In this document: piece after piece, positions 1 through 7,457 of the stretch
How the letters are laid out: every line of letters starts with the position of its first letter
Numbering within the stretch: the first letter of the stretch is position 1
Assembly (NCBI GenBank): GCA_026988245.1
Contig: JALSLR010000014.1
Location: 6,660-70,659 of the forward strand
Length of the DNA stretch: 64,000 nucleotides
Source: Sulfurimonas sp.
Lineage (GTDB): Bacteria > Campylobacterota > Campylobacteria > Campylobacterales > Sulfurimonadaceae
Direction of reading: 5' to 3'
Notes under the pieces: generated by a model
Databases searched by the model: none
What the model saw: the letters and a program-made list of their open reading frames with translations, nothing else
What the model was told of the DNA's origin: nothing
Translations under genes and position numbers: made by a program

Positions 1-118
1 GTTCAGTTTTTTGTGCTTTTAAGAATGTGTATTCTTTTTTGTAAGCTTGACTTAACTCATCTGCGTTGATTGATGTTAAAAACACTAAAGTCATTAAAAG
101 TATTTTAAAAATATTCAT
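1..118 (-). CDS. 5' part of a probable MotA/TolQ/ExbB-family (TtpC-like) protein, truncated by the window edge
   Basis: ATG at 118-116 overlaps the TAA of the DUF3450 gene (TAATG coupling). Reads MNIFKILLMTLVFLTSINADELSQAYKKEYTFLKAQKTE, a signal-peptide-like start. The product is inferred from the usual DUF3450-ExbB gene order. Confidence 0.55.
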   Translation of the reverse strand, partial: MNIFKILLMTLVFLTSINADELSQAYKKEYTFLKAQKTE

Positions 119-894
119 TATTTATCTCCTTGAAGTACTAGTGCATTTGGAAGTGTGAAAAAGCCTGTACGTATTTGTTTATTTAAGGCATCAAAAAGGG
201 AAAGTATCTCTTTTATATCATCTTCCTGTTTTGCAACTTTAGTTACAAAGTTATCAGATTCGTCTTCAGTTATATAACCAACTCTATTGTCTGGAGTTTT
301 AAAATAAAGCATAACTGTGCCTATTTTTGCTACATCTGCCAAGATATTTTTTGAGTCTATTTCGATGTTTTGTTTAAACAGACCGATTTCTTTTGTTAAA
401 CGTATATTGTCATCATAAGCGCTCCATAAAAGTGCTAATGCTCTTTCGCTCGTTATAAGTCCTTCATCTAAGTCGTCTTGTATTTTTCTAAGTGCACTTA
501 AACGTTCTTGCACCTTAAATGGAATTCCTTCTATGATGCTTGTTTCAAGTGCAGTTATGAGTTCCTCTAAAAGAGGTTTTAAAACTATATTACTTGTAGA
601 TGTGTTAGCAATTTGAACTTTAAGTTTTTCTAAATCAAGTTCTAATAATTTTATAGATGTTATTTTTCTATTTATCTGCGCATCACTATCTGCACTTTGA
701 AGTGCAAGTGACTTCATACTAGCTTTATAAGCATCTTTATTCTGATCTATTTGTGTATATAATGACTCTACATCTGCGCGTAACTTCATGATGGCTTTAA
801 CCATATCTTCATCGTTTGATGCTAAGAGATTTGTGCTTATAAGCGTAGTACAAAGTGCTAAAGCAATAAGGCTAATTTTAGGTGTGTTAAACAT
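118..894 (-). CDS. DUF3450 family (TtpB-like) periplasmic coiled-coil protein of a TonB system
   Basis: Signal peptide, long coiled coil, motifs 'GIPFKVQERL' and 'VAKIGTVMLYFKTPD'. GGAG RBS. Confidence 0.8.
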   Translation of the reverse strand: MFNTPKISLIALALCTTLISTNLLASNDEDMVKAIMKLRADVESLYTQIDQNKDAYKASMKSLALQSADSDAQINRKITSIKLLELDLEKLKVQIANTSTSNIVLKPLLEELITALETSIIEGIPFKVQERLSALRKIQDDLDEGLITSERALALLWSAYDDNIRLTKEIGLFKQNIEIDSKNILADVAKIGTVMLYFKTPDNRVGYITEDESDNFVTKVAKQEDDIKEILSLFDALNKQIRTGFFTLPNALVLQGDK

Positions 895-924
895 CTTTAC
901 TCCATGTGTGATTTTATTTATGGA

Positions 925-978
925 AGTATAGAATTGAGGGGTTACGTGGATGTTGCACTAAAGTTACGCTTTGGTAAC
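925..978 (-). promoter_or_regulatory. Pho-box promoter of the DUF3450/TonB operon
   Basis: On the minus strand, GTTAC/GTAAC/GCAAC/GTAAC at 11-bp period (974, 963, 952, 941), then 10 bp, then TATACT (925-930). Confidence 0.8.
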
Positions 979-1008
979 ATTGTAGTCTTTATGTCATTTA
1001 GAAGTAAT

Positions 1009-1035
1009 ATTTACTCCCTGTAAGAGGGAGTAAAT
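1009..1035 (-). terminator. Stem-loop downstream of the lipoprotein gene
   Basis: ATTTACTCCCT-gtaag-AGGGAGTAAAT, an 11-bp perfect stem 17 bp after the stop. U-tract is weak. Confidence 0.6.
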
Positions 1036-1051
1036 AAGGGTTAGCCTAGGG

Positions 1052-2224
1052 CTAGAATAATTCGAAAATCGCTTTAGCAGAACCTGAAGAGTCAGTTTCA
1101 TTTTCAGTGATTTTGTATTCACTTGTACCAGTTAAGCTTACATTTGTGAAAGAGATGTTTGCAATGTCAGCAGTACCTTGAGTATAGATAGCACCTGAAG
1201 TGTTACTTGCATTGTTTTCAACAGTTACATCAGTAAAGTGACCACCGATTCCATCTTTTTTGAAGAAGATTCCACCATCTTTGATTGCGTTAGTTCCTAA
1301 ACCGATATAAACATTGTTAAAATCAGCAGCAGTTGATCCACTCATCTCAATTCCTGAGTTACCTGAACCTTGATTGTTAATTACCATGTTAGTAACAGTA
1401 CCAGAGTATCCATCATCGATGTCAAAAAAGTCATCAGTACAACCCGTAAGAGTAAGGTTAGACATATTTACAGTACCACCCCATGCTTCGATACAGTCAT
1501 CATCAGATAAATCAACAGTGATATCAGTGATAGTAGTCCCTGAACCAACACCTACAAGTGAAAGACCATTGATCTCTTTATCTTGTTCCATAGTGATACC
1601 AGAGTTTAAGATTTTAACATATGTAAGGCTACCAGAGTTATCTGCTAAATTAGATGTACCAGCAACAAACTGAGTATCAACTTCATATGGGGCTACTTGA
1701 GAGTTAGCAGCATTTCCGATGATAGTTAAACCACCCCATTGACCAACAGCAGCAGTTCCACCATCAACAGCAGTTTCAGAAGTAAATACAATAGGGTCAG
1801 TTGCATTACCATCAGCTATAATTTTAGCTCCAGTATTTACTACCATATAAGATGTACTAGTACCAGTTCCAGCTTTACCAGCTACAGTTGTACCAGGGTT
1901 GATTGTTAAAGTAACACCGCTATCAACTATAACTAAACCACTAAGGATATGAGTAACATTATTATCCCAAGTTGCATCAGCTGTAATGTGACCTGTATGA
2001 GTTGTTTTTGTAGCTGGTGCAATTGGTGTACCAGTGATTCTTGAACCTGTAGCATTAGCACCACCAGTGTTTACACTTGAAAGTAGGTCAGCAGATTGTT
2101 TAACCTCATAGTTAACATCAGGAACTACAACAGCAGCAGTTGTGTCATCATTAGAACAACCTGTTGACATCATTACTACAGAAGCAGTAAGTAAGCTAAG
2201 AACGATTTTATTTTTGATATTCAT
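1052..2224 (-). CDS. Pho-regulated lipoprotein with probable right-handed beta-helix (pectin-lyase-like) fold, function unknown
   Basis: Lipobox MSTG-C. Motifs 'GQWGGLTIIGNA', 'EINGLSLVGVGSGT', 'DDCIEAWGGTVN', 'DDFFDIDDGYSG'. Gly/Asn/Thr-rich repetitive beta-strands. Confidence 0.75.
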   Translation of the reverse strand: MNIKNKIVLSLLTASVVMMSTGCSNDDTTAAVVVPDVNYEVKQSADLLSSVNTGGANATGSRITGTPIAPATKTTHTGHITADATWDNNVTHILSGLVIVDSGVTLTINPGTTVAGKAGTGTSTSYMVVNTGAKIIADGNATDPIVFTSETAVDGGTAAVGQWGGLTIIGNAANSQVAPYEVDTQFVAGTSNLADNSGSLTYVKILNSGITMEQDKEINGLSLVGVGSGTTITDITVDLSDDDCIEAWGGTVNMSNLTLTGCTDDFFDIDDGYSGTVTNMVINNQGSGNSGIEMSGSTAADFNNVYIGLGTNAIKDGGIFFKKDGIGGHFTDVTVENNASNTSGAIYTQGTADIANISFTNVSLTGTSEYKITENETDSSGSAKAIFELF

Positions 2225-2253
2225 TTTTGAATCTCCGTTTTTAAATTTGACGA

Positions 2254-2307
2254 AGTATAAAGCTAGGATGTTACTAAATTATTCTCGCTTGGTGACAAGA
2301 TGGTAAC
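2254..2307 (-). promoter_or_regulatory. Pho-box promoter of the lipoprotein gene
   Basis: On the minus strand, GTTAC (2303), GTCAC (2292), a degenerate unit (2281) and GTAAC (2270) at 11-bp period, then 10 bp, then TATACT (2254-2259). Confidence 0.75.
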
Positions 2308-2334
2308 ACTATCTTTGTCGTTTAAGATAAGTCG

Positions 2335-2343
2335 TGATATAAT
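2335..2343 (+). promoter_or_regulatory. Extended -10 promoter of the small beta-barrel gene
   Basis: TGaTATAAT 29 bp upstream of ATG 2372. AAGGAG RBS follows. Confidence 0.6.
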
Positions 2344-2371
2344 ATTTTATATTAACAAATAAGGAGTTTTC

Positions 2372-2839
2372 ATGAAAAAAATAATCTTAGCATCATTGGT
2401 TGCTATGAGTATAGTTGTATCTTCAGTATCCGCTGAGGGCTTAAAAATAGGTTTAGGTCTAAGTGCAGGGCAGTCCTCGTTACAAGAGGCTCCAACCATT
2501 AAGGTGCCACTGGATTTTGACTTTGGACTAAGAGTTGAGCCTGAGTTAGGCATAACAGATGAGTATCAAACTCTTGGTGTTGGTGCTTACTATAACGTAA
2601 TGCAAAAAAAAGAAGTAGATATCTATGCTGGTGGACGTTTAGGATACACGATAGATTCAAATGCTAATGGTATTACACTTCAAGCGCTAGTGGGTGCTGA
2701 GCATTATTTGGTAGAAAATGAACTTTCAGTAGCATTACAAGTTGGTTTAGAGGTTATGAGTGGAGACAGATATAAAGGTACAAACACCCCTGGTTTTGGA
2801 ACAACTGGAAGTGTAGTCCTTAGATACTTTTTATTTTAA
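2372..2839 (+). CDS. Small outer-membrane beta-barrel protein (8-stranded OmpW/OmpA-like)
   Basis: Signal peptide, alternating amphipathic beta-strands, C-terminal 'VVLRYFLF' aromatic end. Confidence 0.7.
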   Translation: MKKIILASLVAMSIVVSSVSAEGLKIGLGLSAGQSSLQEAPTIKVPLDFDFGLRVEPELGITDEYQTLGVGAYYNVMQKKEVDIYAGGRLGYTIDSNANGITLQALVGAEHYLVENELSVALQVGLEVMSGDRYKGTNTPGFGTTGSVVLRYFLF

Positions 2840-2847
2840 AACTTAAA

Positions 2848-2876
2848 AACAAAGCTGATACTCATTCGGCTTTGTT
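2848..2876. terminator. Probable bidirectional terminator between convergent genes
   Basis: AACAAAGCTGA-tactcat-TCGGCTTTGTT hairpin between the stops at 2839 and 2877. Confidence 0.65.
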
Positions 2877-3536
2877 CTATTTATGAAAGTTACCACCTAC
2901 TTGGATGTATACTAGGAGATTTGCTATGCTTGAGGCTCGGTCTGCTATTTTACCGCTTTTTCTTAGGGCTCTTAACATTCTGTAAAACTTTTCAAATTGA
3001 TTTAATTCTTTTGCCATATCATGAAGATTTGCTTCAACCATCTCGTAAAGGTCATCAGTTTTACTCTCCTCTATAAGTACATCGTTGTAACACTCTTGTA
3101 TCTCGTCAATGTCATCTATATTTATCATATTTATAGTAGTTTTGATAGCTTTTACTGTAGATGATTGCATAGGGAGTGCATACTCTTTGATAGTTTTCGT
3201 ATCTACATCTGCACATACATCTGTGAAACCTTTTATGAAACTTCTTGTGTTCGCACAGGCGCGTGAGAGTTCATTGGTTATTTTTAAGTAAGCTACAACG
3301 CGTCTTAAATCTCTTGCTTCTGGAGTATATAACGCTAAAACTTTGATGATTTCATTGTCGATTTCATCAGTTTTAGAGCTAATATTTTTGATGAACCCCT
3401 TAGCATCATGAAACTTTTGAGCATCACAATCTTCTAGTGCATCTAGGATCAGTTCATTAGATTTTAATAATCCATCACCTATATCTGTAACCTTGCTCTT
3501 TATGAGTTCTAAGTTGTCTGTAAAATTTTGTAACAT
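2877..3536 (-). CDS. phoU: Phosphate signaling/transport accessory protein PhoU
   Basis: 'YTPEARDLRRVVAYLKITNELSR', 'DDLY', 'KIADRASSIA'. Directly after pstB. Likely start is ATG 3536 (ORF track start 3545). Confidence 0.88.
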   Translation of the reverse strand: MLQNFTDNLELIKSKVTDIGDGLLKSNELILDALEDCDAQKFHDAKGFIKNISSKTDEIDNEIIKVLALYTPEARDLRRVVAYLKITNELSRACANTRSFIKGFTDVCADVDTKTIKEYALPMQSSTVKAIKTTINMINIDDIDEIQECYNDVLIEESKTDDLYEMVEANLHDMAKELNQFEKFYRMLRALRKSGKIADRASSIANLLVYIQVGGNFHK

Positions 3537-3537
3537 A

Positions 3538-4320
3538 TTATCCAAATCTCCCTGTTATGTAGTCTTCTGTTTGTTTCTCTTTTGGATTTAAAAAGATACT
3601 TTCTGTTTTATCAAACTCTATGAGATCACCTAGGTACATAAATGCTGTATAGTCACTGATACGACTAGCTTGTTGCATGTTGTGTGTCACTATGGCGATG
3701 CTAACATCTTTTTTAAGTTCAACAAGTAGCTCTTCAATAGCCCCTGTACTTATAGGGTCAAGTGCAGAAGTTGGCTCATCAAAGAGGATAACTTCTGGTT
3801 TGACTGCTACCGCTCTTGCTATACAAAGACGTTGTTGTTGTCCACCAGATAAGCCCATAGCTGATTTGTCGAGTCTATCGTTTACTTCTTTCCAGAGTGC
3901 ACCATCTTTGAGAGCTTGTTCTACTCTGCCTGCAAGTTCACTCTTGTTTTTGATACCAGCAATTTTAAGACCATAGGCTACATTATCGAAGATGCTCATA
4001 GGAAAAGGTGTAGGTTTTTGAAATATCATCCCAACACGTTGACGAAGCTCTATAAATTCGTTTTCTTTTTTAATATCTAAGATATTCTCCATTTTTTGTG
4101 TTGAATCGTTAAGTAAGTCTATAGTACCTTCATATCTGTTTCCAGGGTAGAGGTCATGGATACGGTTCATACTTCTAAGTAGTGTAGATTTACCACAACC
4201 ACTCGGGCCTATAAGGGCAGTGATTTTATTTTTGCGTATCTTCATGTTTATATTTTTTAATGATGGGTGACTAACATTTGGGTATGTAAATGAAAAGTCT
4301 TGGATGTTCATTACTGGCAT
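3538..4320 (-). CDS. pstB: Phosphate ABC transporter ATPase PstB
   Basis: GPSGCGKST, '[21 protein letters not shown]', [14 protein letters not shown], 'DEPTSALDP', 'DYITGRFG'. Confidence 0.97.
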   Translation of the reverse strand: MPVMNIQDFSFTYPNVSHPSLKNINMKIRKNKITALIGPSGCGKSTLLRSMNRIHDLYPGNRYEGTIDLLNDSTQKMENILDIKKENEFIELRQRVGMIFQKPTPFPMSIFDNVAYGLKIAGIKNKSELAGRVEQALKDGALWKEVNDRLDKSAMGLSGGQQQRLCIARAVAVKPEVILFDEPTSALDPISTGAIEELLVELKKDVSIAIVTHNMQQASRISDYTAFMYLGDLIEFDKTESIFLNPKEKQTEDYITGRFG

Positions 4321-4346
4321 TATCTTTGTTCCTTAAGTTTAGTATT

Positions 4347-5153
4347 TTATCTTTTTTTATTTCTAGTAAAGTATCTACCAGTTAAGTTTATGGTTAAAAC
4401 CAATACAGTAAGTATAAATGAAGCAGCCCATGCTAGGTCACGGCTTGATTCTTCTGGCTCGTTCGCTAGGTCGTAGATGCTCACAGTAAGTGATGGAAAA
4501 GACTCACTCAAGTCAAGTGAGAAGTAGTTACTTGTCTCAGATGTAAAAAGCAGGGGTGCAGTTTCACCGATGATGCGCGCAAAGGCTAAAAGGATCCCTG
4601 TCATGATCCCAACTTTTGCTGCTTTTATAACGATATCTAGTATAACTCTGTATTTTGAAGCACCAAGTGCTATTCCAGCTTCACGGAGTTCACGAGGGAC
4701 GAGTGAGAGCATATTGTCCGTTGTGTTGATGACGATAGGTAGCATCATGATGCTAAGAGCAATCGCCCCTGCAAAACCACTCGTTCCACCAGATGGTACT
4801 ACTACGATAGCATAGACAAAGGCACCTATCACTATAGAAGGTGCTGACATCATTATGTCACTAAGGTTTCGGATGAGTCCTGCATATCTACTACGACCAT
4901 ACTCTTGAAGGTAAATCCCTGCAACCATACCAAGAGGTATACCAATAGCTGCAGCGATACCTGCTAAGATGAACTGTCCAACGATGAGGTTACGAAGCCC
5001 ACCATCAATGAGGTCATTTAAAAAGAGACTAAAGTGAAATGAACCAAGACCTTTTATGAAAAGTGTTATAAGAATCCAAGCTAAAAAGCCTAGCCCTATA
5101 AGTGCTGAGAGAGTTGAGAGTCCAAGTACTATTTTGTTTATCAATAAACGCAT
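4347..5153 (-). CDS. pstA: Phosphate ABC transporter permease PstA
   Basis: 'AGIYLQEY', 'APSIVIGAF', 'LREAGIALGAS', 'ARIIGETAPLLFT'. Confidence 0.95.
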   Translation of the reverse strand: MRLLINKIVLGLSTLSALIGLGFLAWILITLFIKGLGSFHFSLFLNDLIDGGLRNLIVGQFILAGIAAAIGIPLGMVAGIYLQEYGRSRYAGLIRNLSDIMMSAPSIVIGAFVYAIVVVPSGGTSGFAGAIALSIMMLPIVINTTDNMLSLVPRELREAGIALGASKYRVILDIVIKAAKVGIMTGILLAFARIIGETAPLLFTSETSNYFSLDLSESFPSLTVSIYDLANEPEESSRDLAWAASFILTVLVLTINLTGRYFTRNKKR

Positions 5154-6139
5154 TATTTAGCCCCTCTTAAAAAGTAAAGTTTTGCGATGCTAATGATGGC
5201 AAAGCTAATGATAAAAAGTATGAGTGCAAGATAAAACAGTGAACTTTCCCCAAGACCAGCTGCCTCGCCGAAGTTATTAGCCATCGCTACAGGTATAGAA
5301 ATAGTTGGGTCTGTAATAGAACTCGGTAGTGTAAAAATAGAACCTATCAAAAATGCAACTGCCATAGTTTCGCCTAAAGCACGACCAAGTGCTAAGATGA
5401 TACTTCCGATAATACCTACTTTTGAGTATGGAAAGATGATATCTTTAATAACCTCAAATTTTGTAGCACCCATTGCGTAAGCACTTTCTTTAAGGACATC
5501 GGGAGTTGTATTCATAGAGTCTCTCGTGATAGCTGCCATAAATGGTAGTATCATTACTCCAAGAACTAAACCAGCGGTTAAAAGCGATACTTGATAGCCA
5601 CCCACTAAGTCAGCAACTATAGGAGCAAAATAGTACAGTCCCCACATACCAAAGATGATGCTAGGAATAGCTGCAAGAAGTTCTATAGCTATCCCAATAG
5701 GGTAGGCGATGTTTTTAGGTGCAATTTCTGCTAAAAAGACTGCTATTCCCATAGCGATAGGAAGCGCAAATACTAGAGCTATGATAGTGCTTAGCAATGT
5801 TCCGACTATGGGAACAAGCCCCCCATACTCAGTAAATGTATCTTTTACATCTTCATCAAAGAGCATAGTGTCTGCCTCAGCAGGCATATCATCCTCATCA
5901 TCTAGCATCATCATATCATCTGAAGCACTGCTATCATCCATATCCATATCCATATCCATATTGGCATTTGGATTTGAGAGTGAAATTTCAGTATTCCAAT
6001 TTGGGTTTACTATAAAACCAAGACCAAACTCATCTATAGAATCTTTAGATGCTAAAAACAGAGTGATAAAGATACCGATAAGTATGACAAATACTAAAGA
6101 AGCACTTGAAAAAGCAAGATTACGAAAGATTTTTTCCAT
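5153..6139 (-). CDS. pstC: Phosphate ABC transporter permease PstC with a Met/Asp-rich insertion
   Basis: 'GTLLSTIIALVFALP', 'IELLAAIPSIIFGMWG', 'ALGRALGETMAV'. Confidence 0.95.
   Translation of the reverse strand: MEKIFRNLAFSSASLVFVILIGIFITLFLASKDSIDEFGLGFIVNPNWNTEISLSNPNANMDMDMDMDDSSASDDMMMLDDEDDMPAEADTMLFDEDVKDTFTEYGGLVPIVGTLLSTIIALVFALPIAMGIAVFLAEIAPKNIAYPIGIAIELLAAIPSIIFGMWGLYYFAPIVADLVGGYQVSLLTAGLVLGVMILPFMAAITRDSMNTTPDVLKESAYAMGATKFEVIKDIIFPYSKVGIIGSIILALGRALGETMAVAFLIGSIFTLPSSITDPTISIPVAMANNFGEAAGLGESSLFYLALILFIISFAIISIAKLYFLRGAK
5937..5960 (-). repeat. (TCCATA)4 in-frame microsatellite encoding MDMDMDMD in pstC
   Basis: Four perfect 6-bp units read directly. Confidence 0.9.
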
Positions 6140-6171
6140 TGCCTATAACCCCATTTAAATTTAATTTTGGG

Positions 6172-6203
6172 ATTATAGAGAAATTTGGTTACATAGTGGT
6201 TAC
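6172..6203 (-). promoter_or_regulatory. Internal Pho-box promoter of pstCAB-phoU
   Basis: GTAAC-N6-GTAAC (6199, 6188), then 10 bp, then TATAAT (6172-6177). Confidence 0.85.
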
Positions 6204-6205
6204 AA

Positions 6206-6289
6206 TGAGATTCTGAATCAAGTTCAGAATGACGGATGATTGTTGAGAATGACGGGGAGTCGTCATTCTAGGCTTGACCTGGAATCTAC
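6206..6289. repeat. REP/REPIN-like element (two inverted palindromic units) between pstS and pstC
   Basis: AGATTCTGAATCAAGTTCAGAATGAC (6208-6233) and inverted GTCATTCTAGGCTTGACCTGGAATCTAC (6262-6289, GTAG end on the minus strand). An extra GAATGACG copy lies between them. Confidence 0.8.
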
Positions 6290-6309
6290 TTTAAAAAAAG
6301 AAACTTAAA

Positions 6310-7314
6310 CTACTTAATACCTTTAGTATCCCAATAAGCTCTTATTTTAGATGTTAAAGTATCTGGAAGTGGAACAAAACCTAAACTTTTAGCTATCTCT
6401 TGACCATCAGTATAACACCAGTTATAAAATTTTGTTACTTTTTTGTCCATTACCGGTTTTTCAGCAGGCACAAGGATGAAAGTAGCAGCAATCATAGGGT
6501 AAGATTCAGCTCCACTAGGGTCAGCGATGATAGCGTAAAAATCTTTTTTAGGATCAAGTGTAGCTTTTGCAGCTGCTATTTGAAAAGATTTAAGAGTTGG
6601 TTTTATGTATTTACCTGCTTTGTTTTCAACACTAGCCATCGCTATGTCATTATTCTTAGCATCAGCGTAGTCGATATACCCAACAGTGTATTTACCTTGT
6701 TTAAGAAGTGCAGCTACTCCAGAGTTCGTTTTTCCACCAATATGTTGGTTCCCTGGCCAGTTAAGTGACTTTTTAGCACCATATGCTTTTCTCCAACCCT
6801 TGCTTACTTTAGAAAGGTAGTACGTAAAGTTATAAGTAGTTCCACTTCCATCTGCACGGTGTACAAAAGTTAACTCTTCATGTGGAAGTTTAAGATCTGT
6901 ATTTGATGCTACAATCACTGCATCATCCCAGTATTTTACCTTACCAGCTGCTATAGCTACGATAGCTTTACGAGAAAGTTGTAAGTTTGTTATTCCTGGA
7001 ATGTTATAACCCATAGTGATAGCTCCAACTACTGCTGGAAACTGATAAAGTTTGTTTTGTTTGAGTGTTTTTGGGCTTAAGGGTTTGTCGGTACCTGCAA
7101 AATCAACAGCTCTAGCTTTTGCATCCTTAATACCCTTAGATGAACCTTTTTTAATATAATCAACTTTTATACCTGTTTCTTTATTATAAGCTTTTATCCA
7201 TTTTTGGTAGACACTGTATGGAAATGATGCTCCACTTCCTTTAAGTACTTCGCCTGCATATATAGTAGTAGCAAGCATTGTTGTTACTAATGCTGTTGTA
7301 ATGATTTTGTTCAT
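6310..7314 (-). CDS. pstS: Phosphate ABC transporter substrate-binding protein PstS
   Basis: 'GSGASFPY', 'GSSKG', 'DFAGTD', 'HRADGSGTTYNFT', 'YPMIAATF'. Confidence 0.96.
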   Translation of the reverse strand: MNKIITTALVTTMLATTIYAGEVLKGSGASFPYSVYQKWIKAYNKETGIKVDYIKKGSSKGIKDAKARAVDFAGTDKPLSPKTLKQNKLYQFPAVVGAITMGYNIPGITNLQLSRKAIVAIAAGKVKYWDDAVIVASNTDLKLPHEELTFVHRADGSGTTYNFTYYLSKVSKGWRKAYGAKKSLNWPGNQHIGGKTNSGVAALLKQGKYTVGYIDYADAKNNDIAMASVENKAGKYIKPTLKSFQIAAAKATLDPKKDFYAIIADPSGAESYPMIAATFILVPAEKPVMDKKVTKFYNWCYTDGQEIAKSLGFVPLPDTLTSKIRAYWDTKGIK

Positions 7315-7343
7315 CTAACTTCCTTTAATATTTTTATGGCAGA

Positions 7344-7387
7344 AGTATAAAGTCTCTTGGTTGCACTTTGGTTACAAGTTAGGTTAC
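7344..7387 (-). promoter_or_regulatory. Pho-box promoter of pstS
   Basis: On the minus strand, GTAAC (7383), GTAAC (7371), GCAAC (7360), then 10 bp, then TATACT (7344-7349). Confidence 0.85.
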
Positions 7388-7392
7388 AAAGT

Positions 7393-7435
7393 GTAATCAA
7401 AATGTAACAAATGTGTAATATCATTTCGCTATCAA
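7393..7435 (+). promoter_or_regulatory. Divergent Pho-box array for the porin gene
   Basis: On the plus strand, GTAAT/GTAAC/GTAAT at 7393, 7404, 7415 (11-bp period), then 10 bp, then a weak -10 TATCAA (7430-7435). Confidence 0.6.
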
Positions 7436-7457
7436 ACAAACATCAAGGGATAAATAG

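Noticed and set aside
5937-5960. (TCCATA)4 as a phase-variation switch
   Set aside because: The unit length is a multiple of 3, so slippage cannot switch pstC on or off. No long poly-G/C tracts were seen in the window.
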